Source: Chara braunii
Lineage: Eukaryota > Plantae > Charophyceae
Assembly: GCA_003427395.1 (NCBI GenBank)
Contig: BFEA01000018.1
Coordinates: 53,604-117,603 of the forward strand
Length of the DNA: 64,000 nucleotides
Reading direction: 5' to 3'
Part shown: positions 61,814 through 64,000 of the stretch, one piece after another
Layout: each line of letters opens with the position of its first letter
Position numbering within the stretch: the first letter of the stretch is position 1
The notes under the pieces: generated by a model
The model's database searches: none
Told to the model about the DNA's origin: nothing
The model's input: the letters and a program-made list of their open reading frames with translations, nothing else
Program-made: the position numbers and the translations under genes

Positions 61814-62588
61814 CCACTCCACTTGTGACTTTGGTGAACCGACCACGATGGGTAAGGATATAGGGAGGATCGGTGGTCTGCCCCAGTCGCCCCCTGGAAG
61901 CAGAACCCGCCCCCCTGCCCCCTTGTACATCGACCCGGTCCACTGACGACACAACTGGGTTTTGGTTCCATGATATGCAAAGGTGATGATTATGGTCAGA
62001 AGATTGCAAAACAATGGAAGAAGGGAGGGGCCAGTTTTTCAGTAGTTGTTATCTGGCGCCTGATGCTAAGGCGAAGAGGTTTTCTCCCCTTCCCCAACAA
62101 CCTGCTCAGTCAATCCTCTAGCGTCCAGAGCAATCAATGCTGGCAGGTTCAGGATCAGCCAAATTCTCTGGATTTCAAACCTGTTGAGGGCCTGCACAGT
62201 CAATCCCCTGCCTTTCAGGGTAATCAATGCTCGCAGGGTTTATTTACTTTTGCTTACTTTTGCCTGAGATGCTCAGATCTTCTGATTAAATCTGTATAAG
62301 GGACGCTGGACCCGGTTTCCAGCAGGTGATGCTCCCCACCAGTAGATGGAGTCTTTCACCGGGTGGTAGCGGTGACTGCTCTTACCAGCACCNNNNNNNN
62401 NNNNNNNNNNNNNNNNNNNNNNNNNNNNNNNNNNNNNNNNNNNNNNNNNNNNNNNNNNNNNNNNNNNNNNNNNNNNNNNNNNNNNNNNNNNNNNNNNNNN
62501 NNNNNNNNNNNNNNNNNNNNNNNNNNNNNNNNNNNNNNNNNNNNNNNNNNNNNNNNNNNNNNNNNNNNNNNNNNNNNNNNNNNNNNNN

Positions 62589-62639
<51 letters not shown>

Positions 62640-63011
62640 CAGGTGCACGGCCTGGGTATAATGGTAGTTTTGTCCTCCGCCATCTGGCTATAACAGGAAA
62701 CTGATGGGGAAGGTCCTGCTAAGAGGGTATGATTCCGCATGAAAAGGAAAGATAATGCAGCCCACCTCAGTCGGCTGACAAGCTGAAATTAGACGTCCTT
62801 TTTTCTTCCGTTTTGGAGCTCCCCTCTGTGCCGCTCCTTTCTTCTGTCTTGCGTTTTCGTATGTATAAACTGAATTGTTACCATTACCATCATTACACAG
62901 CTGCTTCGGTTTGTGCTGGAAATCGGGTGTGGCTAATGCAAAGACCGAGCATTTGGTCAGTAGCTGCACCTCCCACCCAACTCCCTGATCACCGTCGGGG
63001 GCAACATACAT

Positions 63012-63332
63012 CCTCTTGATCATAGTGAAAGGTAGCTATGCGTGCACGGGTCCCCTGCATAGGTTTAGGAGTAGTGGTGTGCTGGTAGGTCGCTAGTGGG
63101 GCCACTGGGGGGTAACATGCATCCCGGGCCCTTGATAGTGAAAGGTTGCTATGCTTGCAAGGGTCCCCTGTATACTAGGTTTAAACCCTTTAGGAGAAGT
63201 GGTATGCTGATAGGTAGCTAGTGGAAGGTGAAATCAAGAGAAGAAGAAACCAGCTCCAGCGACTGTCCATCCAGAAGGTGGTGAAATCGAGAGAAGAAGA
63301 AACCAGCTCCAGCGACCGTCCATCCAGAAGGT
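63012..63332 (+). repeat. Two short direct duplications (~115 bp and ~53 bp periods)
   Basis: ATAGTGAAAGGT.GCTATGC x2; GGTGAAATC.AGAGAAGAAGAAACCAGCTCCAGCGAC x2. Confidence 0.8.
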
Positions 63333-64000
63333 CCCCCAACCCCCCCCCCTCAACATCCCATTTCCTGGGTATAGCGGGATGATCCCTGCATGCTGGGACT
63401 GGGCACAGCTCCAGGGCCCAACTTTTTGGGGATTTTGGGGCCCTTTGGGGGCATAACCGAGAAATATGGTAAAGATATGTTACAGAACTGCAGCTCTGTG
63501 ACATCCGTTAAAATTGGAAGGATACAGAGAAGGGTAATTAGCAAGTATGGCCCCTGCGCAAGGATGACACGCATAAATCGAGAACTGCAGCTCTGACCAG
63601 ATCACAATTTTTAATTTTTTTTTAGCTGTGAACACTGAATAGATCATGATTGAAGACAGATCATGATTCAAATGGTGATGGAATCAGATCAGCCTGAGGG
63701 ATACAATAAAGCAAGCGGTTACTGCCACCAGTTGCAAAGAGGGAAAAAAATAAATAAATAAAAATGCTTTGGTCTCTTTCTCTTTGTTTTGGCCCTCTCT
63801 TCTCGTCGAAGTGCTTTCACCTTGCAAGCGCAGTGGAGCGAGGGTCGAATAGGAAAAAGCTAAAACTGGATACCCCAGATCGGTATTAGCGGGGTCTGTG
63901 ACCAACACGGGTGTGAGTGTGAGCGCGAGTGGGTTGTGTGTGGTGTGTGGGAGAGTGTTGGCCATAGCCTCTGCTGCTACTCGATGAAGGGTGGGGGACG

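Larger units (their letters stand above)
54058..62392 (+). mobile_element. Near-full-length degenerate L1/Tx1-like LINE (family A)
   Basis: ORF1, ORF2 and a structured 3' UTR running into an N gap; the 5' boundary is approximate. Confidence 0.92.

Noticed and set aside
62300-62352. Tail motif as a tRNA, SECIS or HDV-like ribozyme
   Set aside because: There is no cloverleaf or A/B boxes and no AUGA/GA quartet, and the putative P3 pairing holds in only two copies.

Overview
Eukaryotic, almost entirely transposon-derived window with eight long N gaps, most flanked by microsatellites. I could not support any intact host gene. The combination of repeat types (chromovirus, long L1/Tx1-type LINEs, degenerate trihelix/Myb ORF, CG-rich non-autonomous DNA elements with microsatellite cores) suggests a repeat-rich streptophyte alga such as Chara braunii; this is inference only. 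Contents: (1) a four-level nest in which an old Gypsy RT fragment is split by an 8-bp-TSD 'CTATGAA' DNA element, which holds two hAT-like MITEs, hammerhead-ribozyme repeats and a full-length minus-strand chromovirus (18733-29195), itself split by another CTATGAA element; (2) two near-full-length degenerate LINEs (33790-43876 minus, with TSD; about 54058-62392 plus) and four 3' LINE fragments; (3) a MULE with 80-bp TIRs, a TTAA-targeting element and several MITEs and tandem repeats. Main findings: a complete type III hammerhead ribozyme in a 426-bp non-coding unit that inserts into (TA)n, with a sister family in (CA)n, resembling a retrozyme or non-autonomous Penelope-like element; a covarying hairpin, H-type pseudoknot and long-hairpin RNA module present 8 times at LINE/SINE 3' ends; and a candidate degenerate Nudix-fold domain at the end of ORF1 in both LINE families.
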